From: Felis catus
Lineage: Eukaryota
Assembly (NCBI RefSeq): GCF_018350175.1
Contig: NC_058368.1
Coordinates: forward strand, 184,142,001 to 184,206,000
Reading direction: 5' to 3'
DNA length: 64,000 nucleotides
The notes beneath the pieces are model-generated. The model ran no database searches. It had not been told where the DNA came from and saw only the letters and a program-made list of their open reading frames with translations. The position numbers were made by a program, and so were the translations under genes. Of this stretch, positions 1 through 12,340 are shown piece by piece. The first letter of the stretch is position 1. Every line of letters starts with the position of its first letter.

Positions 1-2280
1 GCGCTAAATGTGTGTGTGTGTGGGGGGGGTGCATGTGCGGTAGAGTTACAACTACATCAACAAGTTTGTGAACTGTCAGAAAGGTGACAAATATTTCTGA
101 TTTCCAAAGCAAAGTTAATGATATTAAAAATGAGTATTTCTTCCATTCACCAGCAATACTGAATACTATACTACAAAGATGTATATATATGTGCCCACCT
201 TTATAAAATTATAAAATCTAGCCAAATAAATTATTCTGTACATCAAGCTTTATTTCTGTTTATTACTAGTTCACTTACATCTAATTAATAGCCATATTTA
301 ACTTATTCCATATCTTGCTCTTCTAAGGTAAATTCACAAGTAGTTGAATCTTCCAGTACTCCCTCACTCTGAACTATAATTAATTTGGTGGTTTTACAGA
401 AGGATGGTTTCCAGAGACCAGGATGGCAGGTGTCCAATGTAATAATTCCTATATTCTGAGTTTGGGTAAATGCGGAGCCAGAAGAGAAATACTCAAGTCT
501 GCTTAATAGAAATTTACTATACCAGCTCCTCACCAATCAGATTGCCAATCGCACCTCATTAGTTTCCTAATTAAACTGTAAGTGTAATACATACATACAG
601 ATCATGTTTTTGAGCTACTGAAATATTATATTCATTTTCCAAAAGGCTAATCACATTAAATTATTGAACCTAGGAAAAATAAAATTCTATACCTACAATA
701 ATTCAAACTTGCCAGCATGAACCCATTTGTTTCAAAGAATAAAAAAAGTCTGTCAAATAACAATATTATTATTATTGGGAGATATTGTTGTCCTGTAGTG
801 CTCAGATTTTAATTACAAAGTGAGCAACAAATATGACAAATAGCCAGTAAAATCAAATGACTATCTTTTGCCCGGTCAGCTTTCTTCTTATTTCCCTTTT
901 TGATTATCCTTAAGAAAGCCTAAATGATTTTTTTTTAAATTCAAACCAAGACACAATTAAATACAAATGCCAAGTGAAGAGTGTGATAAAATTTTCAAGT
1001 GTATGGGCACAAAAGCTATTTCTGCAGTATCCTTGCTGGGTGAGTTCTTAAGTGGGAGATAGCTTTGATTTGACAATGGCTCATAAAAGTATTTCCATCA
1101 ATGGAAATACTGCAATGAGACCATAATTCCTGCCACTTAGAAACAAAGTCAGCATTCATTTCTCTGCACCTGTAGGGAATGGTACCAGAGGCATAAAGAA
1201 AAGTAACATTTTATTTAAGTACAAGAGAAGTAGTTAAATGCAATAGACTCTCTTCTTGACGTAATTGGAATTTTGTATAAGGAAAAGATGAGATTCTTAT
1301 CAGATGGATTGCATTTAGTGTTACATGGATTACAAGAATGCAAAAATATTCTTTTTTAAATTAGTAGAATATCAGACGAATCAATGAGTAAGGTAGACAT
1401 GGAAGGAGGTGTACAATTGAAGGAAAATATGGCCCTGAAAACCATTGAAAAGAATTCGTGAAGGCCTGGGTGTAGGTATGATTCCTTCAAGGCCAAATGA
1501 AGTTGTGTTGGGCACTTGGGGGAAAAGATGTTCTAGGTAAATGTATATGAGTTAGCATTCTAAATTCAGCATAGATTGGCACTTTGCATAAAGCAAATAA
1601 ATATTCCTTTCATACAATTTTGTAAATTCAGAAATACTTTACTTTCTACCAAAGCCACGATCCCCTCAAGTGGTAGTTGAATCATGTTTTATAATAGATA
1701 AAGCAATATTTCAAGGCAGATTTAAATTTTGCAATGATGGATTTGTGCTATCTTGTTTGAGATGGACTATTGTTGAGACTGTTTTTATTTTTTCATTGTT
1801 CATTTTTAGTAAAATTTTAATTTTAGAATACATTGAGATTTACAGAAAGGTCACGAAGATAGTACATAAAATTCCCATATATGCCACACCCAATTTTACC
1901 CGATACTAACATCTTACATTACTATGGCTCATTTGTCACAGTGAAGGAACCAACATCAGTACATTACTACTAAAGTGCATACTTTATTTAGCATTCCTTA
2001 GTTTTTACTTAATGTCATTTCTTTAAATTCCAGGATCCTATCTCAGGTACCACATTTCACTTACAAAGCATGTCTCCTTAGGCTCTTGATTATAACAGTT
2101 TCTGAGACTTTTCTTTTTTTTTTTTTTTTTAATGACCCTAAGAGATTTGAGAAATTCTGGTCAGGTATCTGTAGAATATCCTCAGTTGGGATTTTTTTTT
2201 TAGAAGGAAGAAAACAAAGCTAAAGTGTCACTCTCATCACATCATATCAAGGGAACATACTATCTACATGATTTATCACT

Positions 2281-3072
2281 TGACCAGTGTTCACAGTTGC
2301 CCATTTCTTATACTCTGCTTTGTATTGGCCAGATTTTTGTTGGGCTTCTTTCCTCTCTATAGACTTCTGCATTTTGCTTGCCCCCAAACCTGAGCAAGCA
2401 CTAAAATGCAGAATGTGACCTCCTAATTAGCTCTTCCTGAAAACTGGCTGAGCACAGTGAGATACATTTCCTATCAAACCACACTGGTCATTTTCTCCCT
2501 CGTTTGCCCACTGGATTAGTCTCCTAGAGCAGCCATAACAAAACACCACAGGCTGGGTGGCTTAAACAATAGAAATTGGTTTTCTCACCGTTCTGAAGGC
2601 TAGAAGTCAAAAATTAACGTATCGGCAGGTTTGGTTCCTTCTGAGGTTTCTTTCCTCAGCTTGCAGATCACTTGAAGGTTGCCTTCTCACTATGTCCTTA
2701 CAGGACCTTTCCTATGTGTGTGTGCATTACCGGTGTCTCTGAGTGTGTACAAATTTCCTCTTCATAGAAAGATACCCATCAGATTGGATTAGGGTCCACC
2801 CATTTGACATCATCTCACCTTCATTACCTCTTTAGAAGCCCTGTATCTTAAAGTCCTAGGGGTTAGAGTTTCAACAAACAAATTTGGAGCAGACACAATT
2901 CAGCCCATAACACCCAACTTCCTCTTACTTAATTCCTCTTTACTCTATAAAAGCTTTTATTGCTTAGTTCTGAGGAACTTGCAGATTTTTGAGATTGAAG
3001 CAACTTCCCTATTACAAGTCTTTTTGAATAAAGTTTCTCCTTACGTAAGTCTGGATTAGTTTTTAATTGACA
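2281..3072 (+). mobile_element. Solo ERV1-class LTR (MER67-like), split by an MLT1 insertion
   Basis: TG...CA termini (TGACC... / ...ATTGACA), TATAAAAG at ~2946, AATAAA at 3028-3033, and a 3' end resembling MER67. The 4-bp flanks are CACT/TGCT. Confidence 0.65.
2512..2912 (-). mobile_element. MaLR solo LTR (MLT1A/B-like)
   Basis: TGGATTAGTCTCCTAGAGCAGCCATAACAAAACACCACAGGCTGGGTGGCTTAAAC ... ATTCAGCCCATAACA is the typical MLT1 layout. 5-bp TSD CCCAC/CCCAA. Confidence 0.85.
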
Positions 3073-4239
3073 TGCTATTGATTTTGACTTTGGACCACCT
3101 GGCAGAGGTGGTATGGCAGTGAGGAAGTTTTACATATACAGTAATAATTTTTGTAAGAATTTATTTATTCTCTCAAATGCACTACATATTGATGGGGCAG
3201 AAAGTACATTTTCATTTAAACAGGGAATTTTCACAGGTCAGCTTACACATGTTTCTTTACTATAAAACCCCTTCCTCCTTCCAGAGTATACTCTATGGAA
3301 GGAAGTCACTATGAGCACCTAGCACTTAAGGAGTGGAAAGTTACACTCCCCCTCCTTCAGGGAAGCCTACTTACATAAATTATTTGGAATTCTTCTGTAT
3401 AGGAGATTTGTCTACCCTACTATTTATGTATTTTTTCAGTCATTTATTTATATCAGAATGGAATATGGATAATTATTATACCTTGGGTTACAATCCAAAA
3501 CTAATTTATTATTTTATTATTGAGTTTTAAAACAGTATTTTAAGCCAACATTCAGCTGATTCATGTACAGACATGTATCTTAGCCAAATGCTGTTAGTAT
3601 CTCCTTCATCAGCATACTTGATAAATCTGAGTTGAACCCACAGACTGCAGCTGTTTGCCATAACACTTGTCTTTTTTTTTTTAACACTTGTAAAAACCAG
3701 TTACAGTGTGGAAATCTATAAGTAACCAACAGATTCCTGTTTCTTAACATGATGACAACCGAGAATTATGGCAACAGTAACCCTGTCAAAACAGCATCCA
3801 AGGCTAGAAGGTAGTAAGTAATGTTTTTTCCGGTTTTGTCAAAAAAAAAGTGTAGATGCCAAGTAGGCATTTACTCAACCAACCTCCATACCCTCCAAAC
3901 ATTCTTAGAATCAAAGAATTCAGATAACAATGATCAGGAGGGGCAGGACTATAATAATCTTTCTCACCAGACAAGAGAAAAGAAAGTCAAATATGCAATC
4001 AAAGATTAAATCTTGACAATCTGTGAAACATACAGGCTACTACTGCATGATGGGATTAAACCCAATTTAGTGCAAGAGTATCTTCTACTGTTCTAAGGTA
4101 TTGATTTGCTCTAAATGTAGTTTCAGCACATTTAAGAAAGTTAGGAATTACTTTTAAATCGTTGTGACTTTTTATAATTCTTCCTCTCAATATTTTTAAT
4201 TTTGCTGGATGTAAATCAATCTTCTGAATTTTGCCAAAT

Positions 4240-4243
<4 letters not shown>

Positions 4244-4291
<48 letters not shown>

Positions 4292-4341
4292 GTATATATG
4301 TATATATATACATATATACATATGTGTATATATATATATAT
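4244..4341. repeat. (TA)n microsatellite with imperfect extension
   Basis: Direct read. Confidence 0.95.
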
Positions 4342-4649
4342 GAAATTTAGAGGCTTCTAAATTTCATTCTAAGAAAATCAGTAAATGTTAGAGTTTCTAT
4401 GTCCAGATGTTTGCTTCTCTGCTTACTTATCTACCCATTTAAACTACACACACAAGCATTTCTAGACTAAAGGCTTGATAGGCTTGGGAAAAGCTCTGCA
4501 GAATGAAGTCTTGCGGGGCTTAATGTCTGTTATTTTATGTAGGGGGGCGGCTATAGGTTGTCAGATTTAAATCAAGGGACTAATTAGGCAAGTGTTTGGA
4601 GATTCTCCCATGAAAAAACATCATACAGATTGTTATAATTTATAATTAC

Positions 4650-4824
4650 CAAGCAGGTGTATATTGTAATTTAAATGTTTGTAGGATCTGTAGTGAATTC
4701 TATATCATCTATAATTAAAAAAAAAACTTCATGAAATGAATTGAGGTGATTCATCTAATAATCTGTAGTGATCCGTGTCCTTGATTTCCAAAGGGTTTCA
4801 AGTGGTAATATCTGAAGTGAAGAC
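4650..4824 (-). other. Candidate non-coding internal exon (175 nt)
   Basis: Minus-strand acceptor TTTGTTGCATTTCGATGCAG|G at 4825/4824 and donor TTG|GTAATT at 4650/4649. All three frames contain stops. Apparently unique sequence with retained CpGs. Confidence 0.3.
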
Positions 4825-5766
4825 CTGCATCGAAATGCAACAAACGAATTATTGCAATTTACATTGCACAGACAGTACCAGTTTCAAAATGTTACCAAAT
4901 GTTTGAGGGAACAGTAACTCTTTGGCCAATGAACCAGCCTGACTTAAATGCAGCAAGCAAATCTACTGCTTTTGGCTAGAGGCGCTAAGCCACAATAAGG
5001 AGAACCTATTCGCATTTTTATGACAGGATATAACGCTGATGTTTTGACATGTCCATGATTTAGACAATTTAGTTGAAAACAACTACTTCATAAATTCTGG
5101 GAATGAGAAAGGAAATTGAATACAGCTCAGTTTCAGCATTTTTAGCAAGTATATATTGCAGACTTATAAAATAAATAGACAAAAAATAAAAGAGAAAAAG
5201 ACTACTGTTGCTAGAAAGGATTGATTACCAAAGTTCATTAACTAGATGTAAATTTTTCAAACCCTTTAAGCTTTATATTTTTATGATTGCTTCCTTTCTG
5301 TTTTTCTACTGGCTATTGTGTCTCTTGGTAACTCCTACTAAATAGTACACAGATTCCTAGATTAAAATAGTAAATAAAAAAATCCTAGTAGTTATCATTT
5401 TGGGGGACACACAGAACTGCCTTTCCATTCTGACTAAGTCCTTGAGCAAAATATTTAACCTAAACACATTTGTCATTTTTCAACAGGGATACTAATTCTA
5501 ATTTCTACAGTTTTTGAAAAGGGATAATACATATAAAGTATCTAGACTAGCATATGGTAAAATACTCAATCCATATTAGTAGCAGCAACATCAGAAGCAG
5601 TAGTAGTAATTATTAATTATGGAAGTTCCCTTTGATCAGGCAATATTTCTCTAATTACAACTTGACCAAGGGCCTATTCACTCTGATGTTTAGAAAGTAG
5701 AAGCAGTTAATTAAATGTTTGGCTTCTTTCCTCTGGCCCCATTCTATTAGAAATAAGAAAGACTAT

Positions 5767-5993
5767 GGGGCGCCTGGGTGGCGCAGTCGGTTAAGCATCC
5801 GACTTCAGCCAGGTCACGATCTCGCGGTCCGTGAGTTCGAACCCCGCGTGGGCTCTGGGCTGATGGCTCAGAGCCTGGAGCCTGTTTCCGATTCTGTGTC
5901 TCCCTCTCTCTCTGCCCCTCCCCTGTTCATGCTCTGTCTCTCTCTGTCCCAAAAATAAATAAACGTTGAAAAAAAAAATTAAAAAAAAAAAAA
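5767..5993 (+). mobile_element. Young felid Can-SINE (SINEC_Fc)
   Basis: GGGGCGCCTGGGTGGCGCAGTCGGTTAAG head with Pol III A/B boxes (GTTCGAACC), CT tract, AATAAA and A tail. TSD AAGAAAGACTAT at 5755-5766 and 6000-6011. Confidence 0.97.
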
Positions 5994-8900
5994 AGAAAGA
6001 AGAAAGACTATTGTGTATCTACTATATGAGCCACATGCTTCTAATCCTTCTATGGAGTTTTGTAGTAGACTCAGTTATTTTTCCCCAACTTTGTAAGGCT
6101 TGCCCTCCATGAATTTAACTAGAGTGGGCCAATGATTGACCTAAGACGGATTTAAATCAGAGGACTAATTAAATTGTAAGATTCTGCTTCTGATAACATG
6201 ACCTTCATCCAGACAGAGTCTAGCTCCTTCCCCTCACAGGTGGAAACCAATACTATGCACCAATCACTGATAGTTGAGTTTCTCTTGGTCGTATCAACCT
6301 TAAAGTTTTGCCTTGCTGACAGTGCTTTGACTAGAGGGAAAGCTATTGAGTGGTTTGGGAGATCTGATTACAACATGCATAATAAATTCTGAACTAAGAA
6401 AATGCTGAAGATGGGTTTTCTTACCCTTATTCAGACTCTTGGAAATGTGACTGTAAAAAGAGGATAGAAAAAAAGAGAAAAATCTAGAGCCATGAAATGC
6501 ATAAAGAACTCAATTATAGGGGAGTCCCTGGAGAGTGGCCCTGTGGTTCATAAATCTGTCTGCTGTTTTCACGATTGTTCCATCATGTACCACTTGCTTT
6601 TGTTTTATCTGTCTAGATAAATTAGCCAGCAAAGCATCGTAAATATCCTTAGGAAGCAAGTGCTAGCTTTCCTTAGGGAAAAACATTCTCTTTCTGATTT
6701 TCTTCTTGTTAGTTTAAAGTTTGAATAAACTGTAAGGAAACCAAACAATTAAGCTATTATCCCTATAATCAACTTCTTTCTTTATGTCTTAATCACTGTA
6801 AATTGCTAGAGAAATGAACCATTTTAAATACTTTGAACCCTGGAATTTCCCAACTGGACCAATCATGCCATTCAAAATTTATTTGATAAAGCGTTATTGG
6901 GTAAAATATGTTTCGCATTCAGATAATGTCATATCTATTATCTATCGTGTTACATATATATTCACACTTTTGTAAGAATTTATTGACTCTCTCAAATGTG
7001 CTACACTGATGGGTCATAAAGTGCATTTTCATTTAAATAAAGGATTTACAAAGCCAACTGTGGTCTGTCACCATTGTTATGCACTTCACAGCCTGTAGTC
7101 TAATTTTAAATTAGGGATCTGATGTGTATATTTATACACAGCCATACTTGAATCAACCTGTAACTGTAAGCCTTTGGGGAGTGATTGTGTTTGAACATCT
7201 GGACTTACCACATGTTTTCAGTTGGAGATGAAACATCATTTACGAGACCTAGCTTTTAAAGAAGGAAGATATGGTGATGACATTCAATAGGTGTTCCAGA
7301 TGATAAGAAATGTATTCTACAAATACAATTTTGGATTTATTCTAGCAAATGGGGTGTAAAATGATATTTTCAACTGAAGTAGTTTTACTAAAATTCTTGT
7401 CATATGTTTTCCCCTTATTTCCCACAATTAAATATTCTGATTACGGTTTCAAAAAAAAATAACAAATTGAATTACATGACAATTACTCTATTGTTATAAT
7501 ATTTTCTATTAAAAACTCAATGGCTTTTTGCATTCCAAGAAAGTAAAAGAACCTCTGGAAGAATATCAATTTTCAAGATCCCCAAGTCATATTTTGTGTT
7601 TATTAAACACAGATTAGGCATTACATACTCTCTTTTGAAGTGCTAATATAATCTCTTTTAATCACACTAGAAGTTTGCCTTCATTAAATAATTGCCTAAT
7701 GGTTAGTATGTTTTCTTATAAAACTTAAAAGAGAATATTGATTTCAGTCTTCTCTTGCAGGAACTGAATTAATTTCTATTGGAACCCTATGGTTTATATT
7801 TACAATGTATGTATCTATGAGCAGAAACTAATTAATTGGAATCTGTATCCTTCTAAGAGTAACCTTAAAGCCTGTAATATTTGCCTTTGCAGATTAAAGA
7901 AAACACTGGGAGCTAATCTGAACAGAACTTTCCTGAAATGTCAGAAACCTTTAATCTGGTAAAGAAAGTTCATGTAAGAAAAACTCTTTAATCTCTGACT
8001 TTCATATGCTACAAAACTAACAGTTTAACCTTTCTACATATGTGCAAGATCATTTTCCTTGTTATATTATAGTGCTATTATATAACACACAAATGGTGGT
8101 ATAAACTGAGACCATTTTGCAAGTACACAGTTTTAGGAAAGTAAATGAGTGGGTACTTTGTTTTAAAGTTAGGAATTTGTTTCCATTTGTGACTTTAAGC
8201 ATACACTCATGTAATTGTGGTTGTAAATTTACTTCACTTTGCTTGATGGTTAGGCTTCTAAAAAGGTGTGAATACAACAATTATTAAAGAAAATTCATGA
8301 CCTTGAATGTATGTAAATAAGTGTGTTCTTTAAAAACCGTTTTAAGTAGATTTTTGGAAAAAAATACTTTTAAAGCTAATAATAAACTTTGTAATTTAGC
8401 ACTTTATTGAATGAAAAGGTTTTCCTGTACTAGCCTTCTTTGAAGTAGGACACACCTGTTACTACATTCTTAAGGATGATTGTCTGATGTGTGCATAGAA
8501 ATATTATTATTAATTTGGTAAAAAGAATACTGAGATCAGGTTTTTTACATTGGATATTTAGGACTATGTCTGGCTTTTGTAATATGACCTTTAAAATGCA
8601 GACTGCAGTTGACTTCAATATAGCCAATCAGCAATTTACAACTATAATTATTTTTAACTTATTTGGACAGACTCTTATATTTTTTCCTTCAGATCAGTTA
8701 AAAATACAACAATTATTTCATTCCAAAAAATTCTTCCTAAGGGTCAGCGTTAACTTGTGCCTGTGGGTAGCATGAGGAAGCTGCTACTTGCCAGTTCTAT
8801 TATGTCAAAGAGATCAGCAAGGAGCTTTGATTTCCAGGATCCACACCACAGTCTAAGAATATTTTTAAGTGAAGTAACTGAACCAGAAAACTAGCTGGAA

Positions 8901-9019
8901 GTCTCTCATTACTTATTCTTGCTTGTTACTTGAGAATTTTTTAGTTGTAACTATTTCTATTCATGCTTCAATATTAAAGTCATCATGAAAAGAGCTTGGA
9001 ATATATGGGATTTTTTTCT

Positions 9020-9141
9020 GTTTCCTTTTTCCTTTTCCTTTTCCTTTTCCTTTTTCCTTTTCCTTCCCTTCCTTCCCTCCCTCTTTTTTCCTTCCTTCCT
9101 TCCTTCCTTCCTTCCCTCCTTCCTTCCTTCCTTCTTTCTTT
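9020..9141. repeat. Polypyrimidine (CTTTTC)n/(CCTT)n simple repeat
   Basis: Direct read. It explains ORFs 8957-9265, 8985-9287 and 8996-9178. Confidence 0.95.
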
Positions 9142-12027
9142 TTGTAATTTTAGGGAAACTGTTCATAAGACCCAGTGAAAGATTCACTTGGTACCCCAGA
9201 ACAAAATTCCTGAAGAAATCAAGAAGGAACATTTCAATAGACCAATGTCTCATCAATGAAGACACGATCTATTTCAACAAATTATAAAGAGCTGATGTAA
9301 TGTACATGCAGATAACAGAGTTTAAACTCCTCTCAGACAACAAGGAAACAAATTCTTGTTTTTGACTATTGTTACATCACTCAAAGCCTCAAAACTAACT
9401 TAACCAAGCTCCATCTTAGCCAATATGCTCTGTGCCACACTGACATTCAACAAATGTCTCAGAGAGTATAATAATGACTCTATCATCTAATCATGTTGTT
9501 TTTAAAGATGCAAGTAAACTTCCTACTTGTGATGCAGCTCAACGTTAAATGATACTAAAAGCAAACTTTTTCAAACTTTATCAATTAGAAAGTTGAAGCT
9601 ACAAAGAAAGAGAGCAGGGATTTATTCCTGCCAATGTTTTGGGCAACTTTGGTATAATTACTTAAAAACATTATTAATTGGATGAATGTTGTCTGTAATT
9701 AAAAGTAAAGTTTCTCCATGAAATAGTTGGACATTCCAAGGCCATAGAAATGTTAATTATGAATTTACTCTTATCATGCATGTTTAAAGTTCTTACACAG
9801 TTGAAACAACTAGAGAGTTTGGGGAAATAAAGACAAAATGAGCATAATACTGAATGTATATAAATCACATAAGTATGCGTATTGCTCTGATATGCGTCAA
9901 TGCAAACATGGAACTTTCCTAGCATCTCAAAGAAGAAAATCTAGGACATGTCTTTTTCTCGAAGGAAAGGGATGAGTGGACTAGATAACTCTAGGTAAAT
10001 AATTTAAAAATTAATATTGTAGTTTCAAGACAAAAACACATGAACTGTTTTGTTGAGTATATGCTTTCCTCAGAAAGAAAAGAAAACTCATAGAAGTTGT
10101 GTGAGTCAAAAAAAATGAGCCTTAATAAACTTTAAAAATATGAATAGTTCTTAAGTAAGTTTTTCTACTTTATAACTCCAAGAGATTTTTCAGGCAAGAT
10201 ATAATTTTGGTAATTGCATATTCAAATATGGTAACTAAGTAAAAAGAGCAGTTATGTTTCCATCAGATATTTGGCCAATGGGAGTTCATTCATGCCTGAG
10301 AAATGGTATTCTTGCTACCTCTTTTTTCCTGCCAGTCATAAAAGAAACCATTTACAGTTACGGGAGATATTCTACCCTTTACAAACTGTAAACCTTTTGC
10401 TTGCTCTTTCAGCATTCACTTTTTTCTTCTGAAAAATTTCACATATTGACATATATTTCACATCAACTTCTCTTGGGTTTTTAGTGGACCTGAGGAAAAA
10501 CTCTAAAATGAAATCTTTACATTCATGCCAGTTACCAACTTCCAGGCAGTCCTAAAAAAGTCACTGCAGTAATAATTCTTTCCTCCTTTAATTTTCACAT
10601 CCTCAGTCAGTTGAATATTTTACATACACTTCCCATGGATTTAAACCTTTTGTAAGTGAAATTGGAAAATGAAATAAGTCATGCACAGGAACAAGAATCA
10701 CAAGACTGCCAATGAATTATGTAGTTCTGCATGCAAATGCTTCTATTTTCACAATACTTTACTGCTAAACATGTGCTCCTCTAGGATTTGCTTTAATCTC
10801 ATGCTACACATTTTATTCTACGTAAGAGTTAAAGCCATTAACTACCAAGTATAACTCTAATGATTGCATTTTACTAGGATGTTAAGTTCTTCATATTAGG
10901 GAATTCAATGAGGAGCAATTCATATAAGATACAGTTAATAGAAAGAACAATACAGACACACAATGATAGAAAACATATATATTAATTGGTGCTAATTTAA
11001 ATTAAAATGTCAAGTAAAAAGTGGCCTTCTAATTAAAGTTGCCTAGTGCTTTTAGCTCTGATCCTACATAGCAATATAATTAGACTTCCAAGATATTGGA
11101 ACCCTGAATGGGACAGAATATGATCAAAGTTACAAGTGACTAACCCTACAAGATGCTCTTGTCAAAACTCAGCAGAGCAAAATTTTACAAACCTGTTGAC
11201 CATATCACGCCTGTATTCTATAGACCTATAACACATTCCTAATATATTTCTGTGGTTACAATTTTCTCAGTAATGGTAGCAACATTGAGTGACCTCACTT
11301 AAGAGCTAATCTTATTTTTAAAAAAATGACAAGTAAAGACACAGCAGAGTTAAAAGACAAAGGTAAATGTTAATTAAAAAAACAAACCTGAGGCTCAATG
11401 ATATTATCAATAAGTATATGAATTACCAACATCCTTGTATTTTCTCTTAATATTACAAGTGTTTCATATGTTTGATCCCTTAATTAATATACATATTTGC
11501 TCATGACAACACTTGTCAGTAAGACTATCACAGCACATGTTCCTGAATGAGTAGATTACCTCACATTGTAATGATCTGATCAAACTCTACAAGTTATATG
11601 CCTCATCACTGGTTACCCTAAACTATACAAGTTAAAAAAAAATACTACGTAGCATGTATACAGCACAACGCTGTAGCCAGGGAAGGGCTATGGCTTATAC
11701 AAATGATAGTAAATAATTAGATATATTTAGAAATAATATACATTATGAATTGCATCCCAGATCACAGTTTGAAATTAAGTTCCCAACTATGAACTCAGAG
11801 CTCATGGAAATGCAAACAATTATGCACATTCCTATTAGGAAAGATTTGGTGGTTTCTTCATTGAATTGCAGTTCTCTTATAAAATTATTTACTTCAAGGG
11901 GTACTAATAATCAAGAAATAAAACAAAGCAGTTCAACGTAAATCAGGCATTATATTTAAAAGTAATCATGACTAAAGTGTATAACTACAGTGATGTCACA
12001 AATAGATAAATCTTAACTGCGTCTTAC

Positions 12028-12340
12028 CTGTAGTAGCAGTGTCTTGATAGAGTGTCAAAAAGATGCAAGTCTCTAAATTAGAAAACAAGGGGGTGTTTGC
12101 AACTCCCAGTTTTAGCAGAGCTAGTGTTCTATGTATAAGTAATAAATTGCCTCTTCAAAGTCGTCCTGACAACGGTGTTCGTGGGCAATAGTTAGAATTA
12201 CTGCCCAAAAGCCTGCTGATGCTGCTCCTTCAGCCTTCTGCCTTTGCACAGAGACCTAACATATGAGTGTGCCAAGAGCATCCTTTTTCTCCCCCCTCTC
12301 CCCCTCCTTTTTGCGTGGTTTTTCTTCCTCTGTATCTCAA
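12028..12340 (-). other. Probable non-coding first exon (5' UTR) of an unidentified minus-strand gene; 5' boundary approximate
   Basis: Near-consensus donor CAG|GTAAGA at 12028/12027. No ATG-initiated frame reaches the donor. It lies just downstream of a GC/CpG-enriched region with a (GA)-rich tract. Confidence 0.6.

Larger units (their letters stand above)
1805..3530 (-). mobile_element. Old L1 (L1MC-type) 3' end, interrupted by an LTR (2281-3072) and a short foreign insert (~3120-3245)
   Basis: Blocks such as AACATCTTACATTACTATGG, CATCACATCATATCAAGGG, GGAAGGAAGTCACTATG and ACATAAATTATTTGGAATTCTTCTG follow the order of the L1MC 3' UTR read antisense. The sequence resumes collinearly after each interruption. 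Confidence 0.75.

Noticed and set aside
5767..5850. tRNA-like A/B boxes in SINE heads
   Set aside because: These are the tRNA-derived heads of Can-SINEs, not tRNA genes.
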